From Polyangiales bacterium (lineage in GTDB: Bacteria > Myxococcota_A > Polyangia > Polyangiales > Ga0077539), in the NCBI GenBank assembly GCA_044229975.1, contig JBGARZ010000010.1:160001-224000 (forward strand): a stretch of 64,000 nt of DNA. Reading direction: 5' to 3'. The notes beneath the pieces were generated by a model. The model searched no databases, was not told the DNA's origin, and worked only from the letters and a program-made list of their open reading frames with translations. Of this stretch, positions 19,982 through 29,945 are shown in pieces (positions within the stretch are counted from its first letter, which is position 1; the number at the start of each line of letters is the position of its first letter). A program made the position numbers and the translations under genes.

Positions 19982-20167
19982 GACGCGCGGCTCGCGGAGG
20001 TCAACGGCGCGACGGCGCTGGTGATCCGCGAGGGGGGTGTGGTGACCAGCGTGATCCAGTTTGGTTGGAGCGAAGGAGCGGAGGGCCCGCGGGTGTCGGC
20101 GGTGTACATGACGCGCAACCCGGACAAGCTGCGCGCGCTCGATGTGGCGCTGCGGGATGGAGCGTGA
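19982..20167 (+). pseudogene. 3' remnant of an ECF41/SigJ-type sigma factor (SnoaL-like extension)
   Basis: EVNGATAL...VYMTRNPDKLR; NPDKL is the ECF41 C-terminal motif; no sigma regions 2 or 4 upstream. Confidence 0.75.
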
Positions 20168-20433
20168 GCGTCGCTCCTCTCAAGGTCGCTGTCCCCGAGC
20201 GGGGACCACGACCTTGAAAGCGGTTTCGCCGCAAATGAGGTGGCCTGACGGTCACGCGAGGCGCGCGAGCAGCCAGCGGACCATCGCGTCGCTGTGCAGC
20301 CAGTCCGGTGCGATGTTGCACCCGCATGCGCCGAAGACCGACGTCTGCGTGAGCGTCTCGTTTACCCGGTTGGGTAAGTCTGGAAGAGGGTCTCTTCCCC
20401 GCCCCTTTCCACTGCCGTCTTATGCCAGAGACG

Positions 20434-20452
20434 GGGGATTGCGGCAAGACCG
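20434..20452 (+). promoter_or_regulatory. Rifamycin-associated-element (RAE)-like palindrome
   Basis: GGGGATTGCGGCAAGACCG with core TTGC-G-GCAA, 23 bp before the monooxygenase ATG; resembles the actinobacterial RAE as recalled. Confidence 0.55.
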
Positions 20453-20475
20453 GGGCCCTGCCGCACAGTGTTCCC

Positions 20476-21942
20476 ATGAGGACAAACCATGCCGTGGTCA
20501 TCGCCGGCGGAGGACCCACCGGGTTGATGCTCGCCGCCGAGCTCGCGCTCGCACACGTCGACGTCGCCATCGTCGAGCGACGCGCCACCCAGGACCTCCC
20601 CGGATCGCGCGCGGGCGGCCTGCACTCGCGCACCATCGAGGTGCTCGATCAGCGCGGCGTCGCGGAGCGCTTTCTCTCGCAGGGGAAGGTCATGCAGATC
20701 GTGGGCTTCGCGACGACCCCGCTCGACATCAGCGACTTCCCGACGCGCCACCCCTACGGCCTCGCGCTGTGGCAGGAGCCCATCGAGCGCACCCTCGCCG
20801 CCTGGGTCGACGAGCTCGCGGTGCCGACCTATCGCGAGCGCGAGGTGACGGGCTTCGCGCAGGACGACGACGGCGTCGACATCGAGCTGTCCGACGGTCG
20901 TGCGTTGCGGGCGCGGTACCTCGTCGGGTGTGACGGCGGGCGCAGCGTGGTGCGCAAGGCGGCGGGCATCGAGTTCCCCGGGTGGGACGCGTCGGTCAGC
21001 TACCTCATCGCCGAGGTCACGATGGCCGACGAGCCGGAGTGGGGCATGCGCCACGGTGAGAAGGGCATCAACGGCATCGGCAAGCTCGGCGAGGGAAAGC
21101 GAGCGCGCGTGGTGTTGATCGAGGCGCAGGTGAGGCAGGGCGCGGCCACGCTGGACGACCTGCGCGAGGCGCTCGTCGCCGTGTATGGGACGGACTACGG
21201 CGTGCACGACGTGACGTGGCTGTCGAGGTTCAGCGACGCGGCGCGGCAGGCGGAGGTGTACCGGAAGGGGCGGGTGTTGCTGGCGGGCGACGCGGCGCAC
21301 GTGCACGCGCCCAACGGCGGACAGGGGCTCAACATCGGCGTGCAGGACGCCGTGAACCTCGGATGGAAGCTCGCCCAGGTGATCCACGGAACGTCACCCG
21401 AGAGCCTGCTCGACACCTATCAGACCGAGCGGCATCCGATCGGCGCGCGGGTGCTCAAGCACACCATGGCGCAGACGGCGCTCAACCGCGGCGACGAGCG
21501 GACGAAGGCCCTGCGCGAGAGCCTCGCCGAGCTGATGACGATGGACGCGCCGCGCAGGCGATACGCCGGGATGCTGTCGGGGCTCGACGTCCACTACGAC
21601 CTCGGCGCGGGACACCCGCTGCTCGGGCGGCGCATGCCCGATCTCGACGTGGTCACCGCCGATGGCCCGCGGCGGGTGTTTGCGCTGCTGCACGACGCGC
21701 GACCGGTGGTGCTCAACCTTGGTGTTGCTGGCGCGCTCGACATCGCTCCATGGAGTGATCGGGTGCGGCGCGTCGACGCGCGATACGCGGGCGCGTGGGA
21801 GCTGCCGGTGCTCGGTGTGGTCACGGCTCCTGCGGCCGTGTTGATACGCCCCGACGGGTACGTCGCGTGGGTCGGAGACGGCACCGACCACGGCCTTCGC
21901 GACGCGTTGAGCAAGTGGTTTGGGATGCCCGATCGCGGCTGA
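20476..21942 (+). CDS. FAD-dependent monooxygenase (group A, Rox/PgaE-like)
   Basis: GGGPTG, GCDGGRS, LAGDAAHVH..GGQGLN, C-terminal GHPLLGRRMPD and LIRPDGYVAWVG. Confidence 0.9.
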   Translation: MRTNHAVVIAGGGPTGLMLAAELALAHVDVAIVERRATQDLPGSRAGGLHSRTIEVLDQRGVAERFLSQGKVMQIVGFATTPLDISDFPTRHPYGLALWQEPIERTLAAWVDELAVPTYREREVTGFAQDDDGVDIELSDGRALRARYLVGCDGGRSVVRKAAGIEFPGWDASVSYLIAEVTMADEPEWGMRHGEKGINGIGKLGEGKRARVVLIEAQVRQGAATLDDLREALVAVYGTDYGVHDVTWLSRFSDAARQAEVYRKGRVLLAGDAAHVHAPNGGQGLNIGVQDAVNLGWKLAQVIHGTSPESLLDTYQTERHPIGARVLKHTMAQTALNRGDERTKALRESLAELMTMDAPRRRYAGMLSGLDVHYDLGAGHPLLGRRMPDLDVVTADGPRRVFALLHDARPVVLNLGVAGALDIAPWSDRVRRVDARYAGAWELPVLGVVTAPAAVLIRPDGYVAWVGDGTDHGLRDALSKWFGMPDRG

Positions 21943-21970
21943 TGGCGACGGGTGTAGCGTCGCCGTCACG

Positions 21971-24900
21971 ATGCCCGACGAGACCGCGCCTTCCCGCACC
22001 GAGGCCGAGCTCGCCGAAGCGCGCCGACGCATCGCCGACCTCGAAGCCCAGCTCGCGCAGCTCTCGCCCGCGATCAGCACGCTGGAGCTGACCGTCCAGT
22101 CGACCACCACGGCCGGCACCTACCGCGTGAAGGCCGAGTGGAACCGCCCCGGCGACCCCGTCGCCCGCGAGCGCCGCTTCACCCTCAACGACGAAGACCT
22201 CTTCGCCGCCACGAGCGCCGCCGAGTACGGCGCCGTGCTCGGCCGCGCCCTCTTCGCCGACGACGTGCTCACCCTCTTCGCCCTGGCGCGCGGCGACAAC
22301 ACCCCCGTCCGCGTCCTGCTCGCCGTCGAGTCCGAGGACCTCCAGCGCTGGCGCTGGGAGCGCCTCTGCGCCCCCGGAGAAAACGGCGCGTGGCGGCCGC
22401 TGCGCCCCGACCAGCTCACGCCCTTCTCGCTCTACATCCCCACCACCAGCGAGCGGCGCTACCCCGCCTTCCGCCAGAGCGAGCTGCGCGCCCTCGTCGT
22501 CGTGGCCTCGCCCGAGCCCGGCCACCCGACGCTCTCGGCCTTCGACGAAGAGCTCGCGCTCCGCACCGTGCTCGATGGCCTCGACGACATCCCCCGCGTG
22601 GTTCTCTCCCACGTCGCTGGAATCTCGGCGGGACCGCCGACGCTACAGCAGATCTGCGCGCGTCTCTCCGCCGAGCCCTTCACCCTCCTGCACGTCGTCT
22701 GTCACGGCGCGGTCGGGCGCGACGGCGCGAGCTCCATCTTCCTCGACGCCGACGACGCGCTCCCCCTCCAGGTCGAGCGCAACGGGCGCACCGCGCGGGT
22801 GCCCGCCGCCGTCTTCGTCGACTGCCTCCGACGCCTTGGGCCCGAGCACGCGCTGCCACACTTCGCGTTCTTGTCGGTGTGCGAGAGCGCGGTCGCGGCG
22901 GCCGAACCCCCGCCCGATGCGCGCGACTGGCGCGATGCCCTTCGAGGGCTCGGGCAGCTCCTCGTGCGCGACCTCGGGATGAAGTCCGTCCTCGCCATGA
23001 CCGACAAGATCACCCAGAGCACCGCGCTCGCGCTGGGACGGGCGTTCTACCCGGCGCTCCAGCGCCGCGGGGAGGTCGACCTCGCGCTCGCCGAGGCGTG
23101 CATCGCCGTGCGCGATCGGCCCGACCTCACCACCCCCGCGCTCTTCAGCCGCGTCGTCGGTCGGCGCCTCTTCTCGCCCGCGACCGGGGCGCCCACGCTC
23201 ACCCGCCGCGAGGTCGATGAGGGCGTGCGTCGGTTGGTTCCGCTCTTCGCAGAGCGTGCGCCCGTGCTCGTGCCGACGGTGCTGCCGCGCATCGTCGCGC
23301 GCCTCGCCGACGAGGCCGACCGCCGCGCCGCCCTCGACGAGCTCGAACCCCTCTGCGACGAGGTGCTGGAGACCTCCTTCGCCGACCTCGCCCGCGGCGC
23401 GGCGCCATCGCGCTACGAAGCGGAGTGCCCCTTCCCGGGCCTGCGTGCGTTCACGTCGGAGCAGCGACGGTTCTTCCGCGGCCGCGATGCGCTCGTCACG
23501 ACGGTCGTCGAGAAGCTGATGCTCCAGTCCTTCGTGTGCGTGCTCGGCGGCTCCGGCAGCGGCAAGTCGTCGCTGGTGGCGGCCGGGGTGATCCCCGCGC
23601 TGCGCGATCGATCGGGCAGCCTCGCGGTCGCTCGCCTCACGCCGGGTCGCGACCCCGAAGCGGCGCTCACGTCAGCGCGCGCGTCGCTCGGTGACGCGGC
23701 CGACACGCTGCTCTTCGTCGACCAGTTCGAGGAGCTGTTCACGCTCTGCGACGACGCGGCGGCGCGGGCGCGCTTCCTCGATGATCTCGTCGGGTCGGCG
23801 CGGCCCGAGCGGCGGGTCGTCCTGACGATGCGGGCCGACTTCCTCGGCGACTGCGCCGCGCACGCGGGGCTGCGGCGGATGGTGCAGCGGCAGCCGGAGC
23901 TGGTTCCGCCGATGACGGCCGACGAGCTGCGGGGCGCCGTCGAGGCGCAGGCGAAGGAGGCGGGGCTGCGCTTGGAGACGGGACTCTCGGAGTCGCTGCT
24001 GCCAGAGCTGGTGCGCGAGCCCGGCGCGATGCCGCTGCTCCAGCACGCGCTCGCCGAGCTGTGGGCGCGGCGGCACGGGCGCTGGCTGCGGCGCGACGCG
24101 TGGGAGCGAGACATCGGCGGCGTCGCCGGCGCCATCGAGCGCACGGCCGAGGACGTGTGGGCCAGGCTCGACGAGGGCGATCGCACGCTGCTGCCCAGCG
24201 TGATGACGCGCCTCACGCGCGTGGGCGGCACCGATGGTGGTCCACAGCGGGACACCCGGCAGCGGGTGGCGTTGCGCGAGCTGGCGGCATCGGGAGACGG
24301 GGCTCGGGTGCGTCGGCTGGTCACCGGGCTCGCGGGCGCCGGGGCCCGACTGCTGGTGGTGAGCGGCGACGATGATGGAGCCGTGGTGGAGGTCGCCCAC
24401 GAGGCGCTGCTGCGACACTGGAAGCGGTTGCGCGGATGGATCGATGCCGCCCGCGACGTGTCCCTGATGCGGCAGGAGCTGCGGGCGTCGGCGCAGGCGT
24501 GGATCGACGCGCGCAAGGCCGACGACGCGTGGCTGGAGCACCGGGGGACGCGCGCCGAGGCGGTGCGGTCGCGGCTGGCGCAGGGCGGCGCGACGCTCGA
24601 CGAGACGGAGCTGCGCGCGGCGGGTGATGCGACGGTGACGGGATCGGTGGCGGAGTACTTCGCGGCCTGCGTGGCGTGCGACCGCGCGGAGGCCGAGCGG
24701 CGCGAGGAGGCGGCGCGTCGGCTCAAGCTCCAACTGGCTGCGTGGTACGAGGAGAAGGGCGCGGCGTTGGTGACGGCGGGCGACGGGCCGCGGGCGATGG
24801 TGTGGCTCGTCGAAGCGTTGAAGCTCGGGGCCGACAGCGGGCCGCTGCGGTTTCGACTCGCCCGCGCCGCGGAGCGCTCGATCGACCAGGAGGTGGCGCG

Positions 24901-27163
24901 CATCGCCGGGCACACGACGGTCGCCGTCGAGGGGATGCTGAGCCCCGACGAGACGCGCGCGCTGGTGCGTTACGAGGACGGTAGTGCGCGGGTCTGGGAC
25001 GCGGCGACGGGCGCCCTCGTGGCGGCGGTGGGCGGGGGCGTCGGCCGGCTCAACGCCGTGACGGCGCGCTTCAGCGCCGACGGCGCGGAGATCGTCACGC
25101 GCGGAGGACAAGGCAACGTCGGTCGGTGGAGCGCGACGACGGGCGAGTGGTCGGCGACGCGCGACGTGACGCGCACCGTCAGCATGCTCGGCGGCGTCGA
25201 GGTGGTGGAGGAGTCGAGCATCGCGATCTACCACTCGATGGCGCCGGCGGCGGAGGAGGACACGGCCACAGCCACGGCGACGATCAACGCGACGCGCGCG
25301 ATCGAGGTGCGCGAGGGACACGCCGTGGTGGTCGACGCCCGCTCGCGCGCTGCCCTGGTCGCGCTGCCCGAGACGCCCATCGCGATGGAGGCGGCGGAGT
25401 TCGACGCGACCGGAACGCGCGTGCTCACCCGGGCCACGGGCGACGCATCTGCGAAGGTGTGGGAAGCCCTCACCGGCGCGCTCGTCGTGACGCTCGTCGG
25501 GCACACCGGACCGCTGCTGGGCGCGACGTTTGCCGCCGACGGCGCGCGGGCGCTGACCTTCGGCGAGGACGGCACCGCGCGGGTCTGGAACGCCCTCACC
25601 GGCGCGGCCGTCTCCCTTCACTCGCACGAATTCGCCGTGCTCTCGGCGGTCTTTGATCGCGACGGGGCGTGGGTCGTCTCGGCGGACTACGGTGGCTGCG
25701 CCTGCGTCTGGGACGCGGTCACCGGCGCGGTCGCGGTCGAGCGTTCGATCGAGGGGCGGCTTCTCGCCGTGGCCTTCACCCCGGCGGGCGCGTGCGCGCT
25801 TTCGGTGCATGACGACTACTCCGTCTCCCTCTGGAACCTCGCGACCGGCAAGGAAATCGCGCGGCTGAAGGCGCACGAGGGCGACGTCCACCAACCGAGC
25901 TTCAGCGCCGACGGTTCTCGCGTGGTCACGTCGAGCGCCGACGGCTCGGCGCGCCTCTGGGACACGGTCACCGGGCGGCCTCTCGGCATGGTCCAGATCG
26001 GCCGCGGTGTCAGCGCAAGCGTGCGCCTCAGCCCGGGGGGCGAGCGCTTCGTGACATGGACGTCGGAGGCGATGCGCCTCTGGGACGCCGGGACCGAGCG
26101 ACCCTTGACCGCGCCGGGGCAGTACGACCCGGCGACGGTGGCGTTCAGCGCGGACGGTAAGCGCCTGGTGGTGCCCTGGTCGTGGGGAGGCGCCATCGTG
26201 TGGGACCTGTGGCGGTGCGTGCCCATCGCCTGGCTGACGGGTCGCGATGCTCGCTTCCGCGACGGGCGCTTCAGCGCGGACGGTCGGCGCGTGGTGACGG
26301 CCAGTGAAGACGGCAGCGCGCGCCTCTGGGACGTCGCCCCGCGCGTCGAGGTCGTCCCACCGCGCGAGGCCCTCGGTCGCCTCCTCCACGGCGTGATCAG
26401 CGCGGACGGGAGAAGGGCCGCGGGCTGCGATGGCCGCAGGGTGCGGGTGTGGGACGCCGCCACGGGCGCCACGGTCGCGACCTTCGAGCGATTGGTCTGG
26501 GGAGTGAGGTGCCTCGCGATCGGCGCGGACGGCGTGCGCGTGATCACCGGTGACTCCGTCGGCGTGGTGAGGGTGTACGCCGAAGGACAGGTCGGCGACC
26601 CACTGACCCTGCCGGGCCACACCATGGAGATCGAGTCGGTGGCCTTCGACCCCGAGGGCCGACGCGCCGTGAGCGCGACCTCCTCCGATGGCGTTCGGGT
26701 GTGGGACCTCGCTACGGTCCGCGAGGTCGCCCATCTCGACCCGCGCCGGGGGGCGTACCGCGCCGCCTTCGACGGAGACTCCGACCACGTGGTGACCTGG
26801 GGCAGGGACGAAGCCTGGCGTTGGGACATGGTCACCGGCGAGGTGATCGGGCTTCCTGCTGGTGCGGCTGCGCGGTGGTCCGACGCGGCGACGGGCACCA
26901 CGACGGCGGTCACCTTCGATCGCAACGGCGCGCTGCTCCTCCGCGATCTGGGAACCGACGAAGTGATCACGGAGGTCGGGTCCGACGAGTCGGCCACTTG
27001 CGCGGCCCGCTTCAGCGCCGACGGCCGACGCCTCACGCTGCTGGGCGTCGACGGCTGCCTTCGCACCGTCGCCGTGTCCCTCGAAGCCCGCACGCTCGCC
27101 GAGCTCGACGGCCTCGTGTCCGCCCGCGTCCCCCATCGCCTCGTCGACGGCAAGCTCCGCTAG
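21971..27163 (+). CDS. CHAT (caspase-like) protease - STAND NTPase (nSTAND1-like) - WD40 repeat protein
   Basis: WRWERL, LLHVVCHG and FLSVCES dyad; CPFPGL, GGSGSGKSS, LFVDQFEE, TMRADF, PLLQHAL, EVAHEAL; many ARLWD/VWD WD40 repeats. Confidence 0.9.
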   Translation: MPDETAPSRTEAELAEARRRIADLEAQLAQLSPAISTLELTVQSTTTAGTYRVKAEWNRPGDPVARERRFTLNDEDLFAATSAAEYGAVLGRALFADDVLTLFALARGDNTPVRVLLAVESEDLQRWRWERLCAPGENGAWRPLRPDQLTPFSLYIPTTSERRYPAFRQSELRALVVVASPEPGHPTLSAFDEELALRTVLDGLDDIPRVVLSHVAGISAGPPTLQQICARLSAEPFTLLHVVCHGAVGRDGASSIFLDADDALPLQVERNGRTARVPAAVFVDCLRRLGPEHALPHFAFLSVCESAVAAAEPPPDARDWRDALRGLGQLLVRDLGMKSVLAMTDKITQSTALALGRAFYPALQRRGEVDLALAEACIAVRDRPDLTTPALFSRVVGRRLFSPATGAPTLTRREVDEGVRRLVPLFAERAPVLVPTVLPRIVARLADEADRRAALDELEPLCDEVLETSFADLARGAAPSRYEAECPFPGLRAFTSEQRRFFRGRDALVTTVVEKLMLQSFVCVLGGSGSGKSSLVAAGVIPALRDRSGSLAVARLTPGRDPEAALTSARASLGDAADTLLFVDQFEELFTLCDDAAARARFLDDLVGSARPERRVVLTMRADFLGDCAAHAGLRRMVQRQPELVPPMTADELRGAVEAQAKEAGLRLETGLSESLLPELVREPGAMPLLQHALAELWARRHGRWLRRDAWERDIGGVAGAIERTAEDVWARLDEGDRTLLPSVMTRLTRVGGTDGGPQRDTRQRVALRELAASGDGARVRRLVTGLAGAGARLLVVSGDDDGAVVEVAHEALLRHWKRLRGWIDAARDVSLMRQELRASAQAWIDARKADDAWLEHRGTRAEAVRSRLAQGGATLDETELRAAGDATVTGSVAEYFAACVACDRAEAERREEAARRLKLQLAAWYEEKGAALVTAGDGPRAMVWLVEALKLGADSGPLRFRLARAAERSIDQEVARIAGHTTVAVEGMLSPDETRALVRYEDGSARVWDAATGALVAAVGGGVGRLNAVTARFSADGAEIVTRGGQGNVGRWSATTGEWSATRDVTRTVSMLGGVEVVEESSIAIYHSMAPAAEEDTATATATINATRAIEVREGHAVVVDARSRAALVALPETPIAMEAAEFDATGTRVLTRATGDASAKVWEALTGALVVTLVGHTGPLLGATFAADGARALTFGEDGTARVWNALTGAAVSLHSHEFAVLSAVFDRDGAWVVSADYGGCACVWDAVTGAVAVERSIEGRLLAVAFTPAGACALSVHDDYSVSLWNLATGKEIARLKAHEGDVHQPSFSADGSRVVTSSADGSARLWDTVTGRPLGMVQIGRGVSASVRLSPGGERFVTWTSEAMRLWDAGTERPLTAPGQYDPATVAFSADGKRLVVPWSWGGAIVWDLWRCVPIAWLTGRDARFRDGRFSADGRRVVTASEDGSARLWDVAPRVEVVPPREALGRLLHGVISADGRRAAGCDGRRVRVWDAATGATVATFERLVWGVRCLAIGADGVRVITGDSVGVVRVYAEGQVGDPLTLPGHTMEIESVAFDPEGRRAVSATSSDGVRVWDLATVREVAHLDPRRGAYRAAFDGDSDHVVTWGRDEAWRWDMVTGEVIGLPAGAAARWSDAATGTTTAVTFDRNGALLLRDLGTDEVITEVGSDESATCAARFSADGRRLTLLGVDGCLRTVAVSLEARTLAELDGLVSARVPHRLVDGKLR

Positions 27164-27210
27164 ACGCGACCCCATGTCCCGCCATCTCCACCTGAAGGTC
27201 TCTTCCCCCA

Positions 27211-28686
27211 ATGACGACAACTGGTCTCTTCTACGGCGACGGCATCCACGCAGGCACCGGCCGGCGGCTCAACGCCCCGCTCTCCGCCGCGGCCATGTCC
27301 GACCTCGCCGCGGGTGGGGCTGCGGGCAAGAACACCGGCGAGAGCGACCTGCTCCGACGCCGCGTCGAGCGGGGCGGCGGCGAGGTCAGCGCCGAGGCCC
27401 ACTACGGCGTGGCCGACGACATCGACCCCAGCGATCTCTCGCAGACCGGCTGGGCCGTGATCTTCCCGCAGGCTCTCCCCGGCACTCCCGAGGCCGCCCG
27501 GCAGGATGCCATCCGCGCCGCGCTCGCCCCGCTGCTCCAGCATCGTCAGGCGCAGGCGGCGAAGATCGATGCGCGCTGGTACCAGGAGTTCAGCGGCGCG
27601 CGCGGGGTGCGGCCGGGCGACACCAACCAGCGCTTCCTCGGTCGTTTGAAGGTCGACGCGGGCGCCCCGGCTGATCCGCGCTCCATGCCCTACTACCTCC
27701 TGCTGGTGGGGTCGCCGGTGGAGATCCCCTTCTCCTTCCAGGTTCAGCTCGACATCACCTACGCGGTGGGTCGCATCCATTTCGAGACCGACGAGGAGTA
27801 CGCGAACTACGCCCGCAACGTCGTCGAGGCCGAGACCCATCCCCCCGCGCGCTCGCGCACCGCGGCCTTCTTCGGCGTGCTCAACCCCTTCGACGAAGCG
27901 ACCGAGCTCTCGCGTCAGCAGCTCGTGGTTCCGCTCGCCGACGCCCTCACCAACAAGCGCCTCCCCGGCTGGACCCTCACCCGCCACCTCGATGCGCAGG
28001 CCAGCAAGTCCACGCTGACGACGCTGCTCGGCGGCGCGGCGACACCCGCCCTGCTCTTCACGGCCAGCCACGGCGTCGGCTTCGACGCGACCGACGTCCG
28101 CCAGCGACACCACCAGGGCGCTCTCCTGTGCAGCGACTGGCAGAACCCCGACCCGGCCGTCCCCCTCGCCGAGTCGCTCTACGTGTCGCGCGACGACATC
28201 ACTGCCGAAGCGCGCCTGCGCGGGCTCATCGCGTTCAACTTCGCGTGCTACGGGGCGGGCACCCCGGCGATGGCCCAGTACCCCATCCCCGACGCCGAAC
28301 CGGGCGACCTCCGCCTCGCCCCGGAGCCCTTCGTCTCGGGGCTCCACCAGCGCCTGCTCGGTCACCCGCAAGGCGCCCTCGCCGCGATCGGTCACATCGA
28401 GCGCGTGTGGAGCGAGTCGCTCCCCGTCGACGAGGCGCCCAACCGCATCACGGTCTTCGAGAGCGCCCTCGCGCGTCTGATGAAGGGCTTGCCCGTCGGC
28501 TGGGCGATGGAGCCCTTCAACGCCCGCTACGCGCAGTTTGGCGCCGACCTCGCCGCGCGCCTCGCCGACCTCGACGCGACGCCGGGCGAGGTCCTCCAGC
28601 GCGAGGTGGCGCAGCGCTGGATCGCCCACAACGACGCGCGCGACTACGTCGTCACGGGCGACCCCGCGGTGCGTCTGTCGTTCTGA
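27211..28686 (+). CDS. Caspase-fold cysteine peptidase (C25/gingipain-like)
   Basis: PYYLLLVG, VGRIHF, LLFTASHG (His), FACYGAG (Cys), terminal GDPAVRL. Confidence 0.8.
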   Translation: MTTTGLFYGDGIHAGTGRRLNAPLSAAAMSDLAAGGAAGKNTGESDLLRRRVERGGGEVSAEAHYGVADDIDPSDLSQTGWAVIFPQALPGTPEAARQDAIRAALAPLLQHRQAQAAKIDARWYQEFSGARGVRPGDTNQRFLGRLKVDAGAPADPRSMPYYLLLVGSPVEIPFSFQVQLDITYAVGRIHFETDEEYANYARNVVEAETHPPARSRTAAFFGVLNPFDEATELSRQQLVVPLADALTNKRLPGWTLTRHLDAQASKSTLTTLLGGAATPALLFTASHGVGFDATDVRQRHHQGALLCSDWQNPDPAVPLAESLYVSRDDITAEARLRGLIAFNFACYGAGTPAMAQYPIPDAEPGDLRLAPEPFVSGLHQRLLGHPQGALAAIGHIERVWSESLPVDEAPNRITVFESALARLMKGLPVGWAMEPFNARYAQFGADLAARLADLDATPGEVLQREVAQRWIAHNDARDYVVTGDPAVRLSF

Positions 28687-28699
28687 TCTGGACGGGGCC

Positions 28700-29905
28700 T
28701 CACCCCCCGTCGAGAAAGCGCTGCGCGAGCCGGTCGGCGGTGACCTGTCGGCGACGCACCGACGGATCGCCCGCCGCGAAGCTCACCGGGTTGGCCGTGG
28801 CCTCCGCGAGGTACGCCGTCATCGCCGCGTCGCCCGCGGCCACGAGGCGCTCGCGTCGCGCTTCGGCCAGGTCGAACTCCGTGGTGCCGATGCCCTTCGC
28901 CGGCAGCCGCACCACGAGCTTCGCGAACTCGTCGATCACCAGCCCGTCACGCGCGCTCAGCGTCGTGTCGACGAGGCCCGACAGGCGCCGCTCGGTGGGC
29001 AGCAGGTCGGCCCGAACGCCCGTCGGCGCCGTCTCGGTGACCTCGATGCCCGGCACCGGCTCCGCCTCGTCGATGAGCAGCCCGATGAGGTTCTTGCCCG
29101 TGCGCGGACCCATCAGCGCGATGATGCCGTCGAGCTTCGAGGTGAACAGCTCCAGCGGGAAGTTGGACAGCAGCCCGCCGTCGACGATGGCGTGTCCCTC
29201 CATGGGCTTGCCGCGGTAGGCGCCCCACGCGGGCAGCCAGCTCACCTCCGGCCAGATGAGCGGGATGTTCATCGACATACGAACGGCCCACACCACCGGC
29301 AGGTCGGGTGTCGTCACATGGTTGAGGATCAACATCCGTCGCGCCGTGAGGTCGGACGCGATGAGCGTGAGGTTGGCGCCAGTGGCTTCGTGGAAGCCCG
29401 CGAGCGTGAGCCCGCTCAACGCGCGCGGCGCGCCGCTCGGGGTGCTCCGGTCGAGGCAGCGCGCGAGCCACGTGTTGAAGCGGTCGGCGGTGTACAGACC
29501 GCCGCTCTCCAGAAACGCGACGACGTGGCGCAGCCGCGAGCTGGAGGCCATCCACCCCGCGATCTGGTCGTCGACGTGCGACTCGATGAACTCCGGCACC
29601 AGCGGCAGGTTGATGTCGCGCAGCACCGCGCGCAGCACGCTCCTGGCGATGGCGGTCTTGTCCATCGGCCTGGGCTCGCCGAGGAAGCCCGCGAACACCG
29701 AGCGGTCGCCTTCGCGCTCCAGCAGCGCCGCGCCCATCTCCGCCGCGGTGTACCCGGCCGCCAGCAGCGTCGCCGCGATGGCGCCTGCGGAGGTTCCCAG
29801 GAGGCGCCCCGGCGTGTGCTCCGCCCGCTCGAAGGCGGCCAGCGCCCCCACGAAGGCCATGCCCTTCGCCCCGCCCCCCTCGAAGACCAGGTCGTACTGC
29901 GTCAT
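28700..29905 (-). CDS. Patatin-like phospholipase
   Basis: EGGGAKG, GTSAG, VDGGLLSNFP. Confidence 0.92.
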   Translation of the reverse strand: MTQYDLVFEGGGAKGMAFVGALAAFERAEHTPGRLLGTSAGAIAATLLAAGYTAAEMGAALLEREGDRSVFAGFLGEPRPMDKTAIARSVLRAVLRDINLPLVPEFIESHVDDQIAGWMASSSRLRHVVAFLESGGLYTADRFNTWLARCLDRSTPSGAPRALSGLTLAGFHEATGANLTLIASDLTARRMLILNHVTTPDLPVVWAVRMSMNIPLIWPEVSWLPAWGAYRGKPMEGHAIVDGGLLSNFPLELFTSKLDGIIALMGPRTGKNLIGLLIDEAEPVPGIEVTETAPTGVRADLLPTERRLSGLVDTTLSARDGLVIDEFAKLVVRLPAKGIGTTEFDLAEARRERLVAAGDAAMTAYLAEATANPVSFAAGDPSVRRRQVTADRLAQRFLDGG

Positions 29906-29945
29906 GCGCGGACAGTACCGCGCGCGCGACGACGCGCGCGGCAGA

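Noticed and set aside
23672..27220. 1182-aa minus-strand ORF
   Set aside because: Antisense to the STAND-WD40 gene; Arg/Ala/His-rich with no motifs
28700..29905. Patatin as cargo of the vgrG cassette
   Set aside because: Separated by two unrelated exported genes and a separate putative promoter; not supportable, though not excluded
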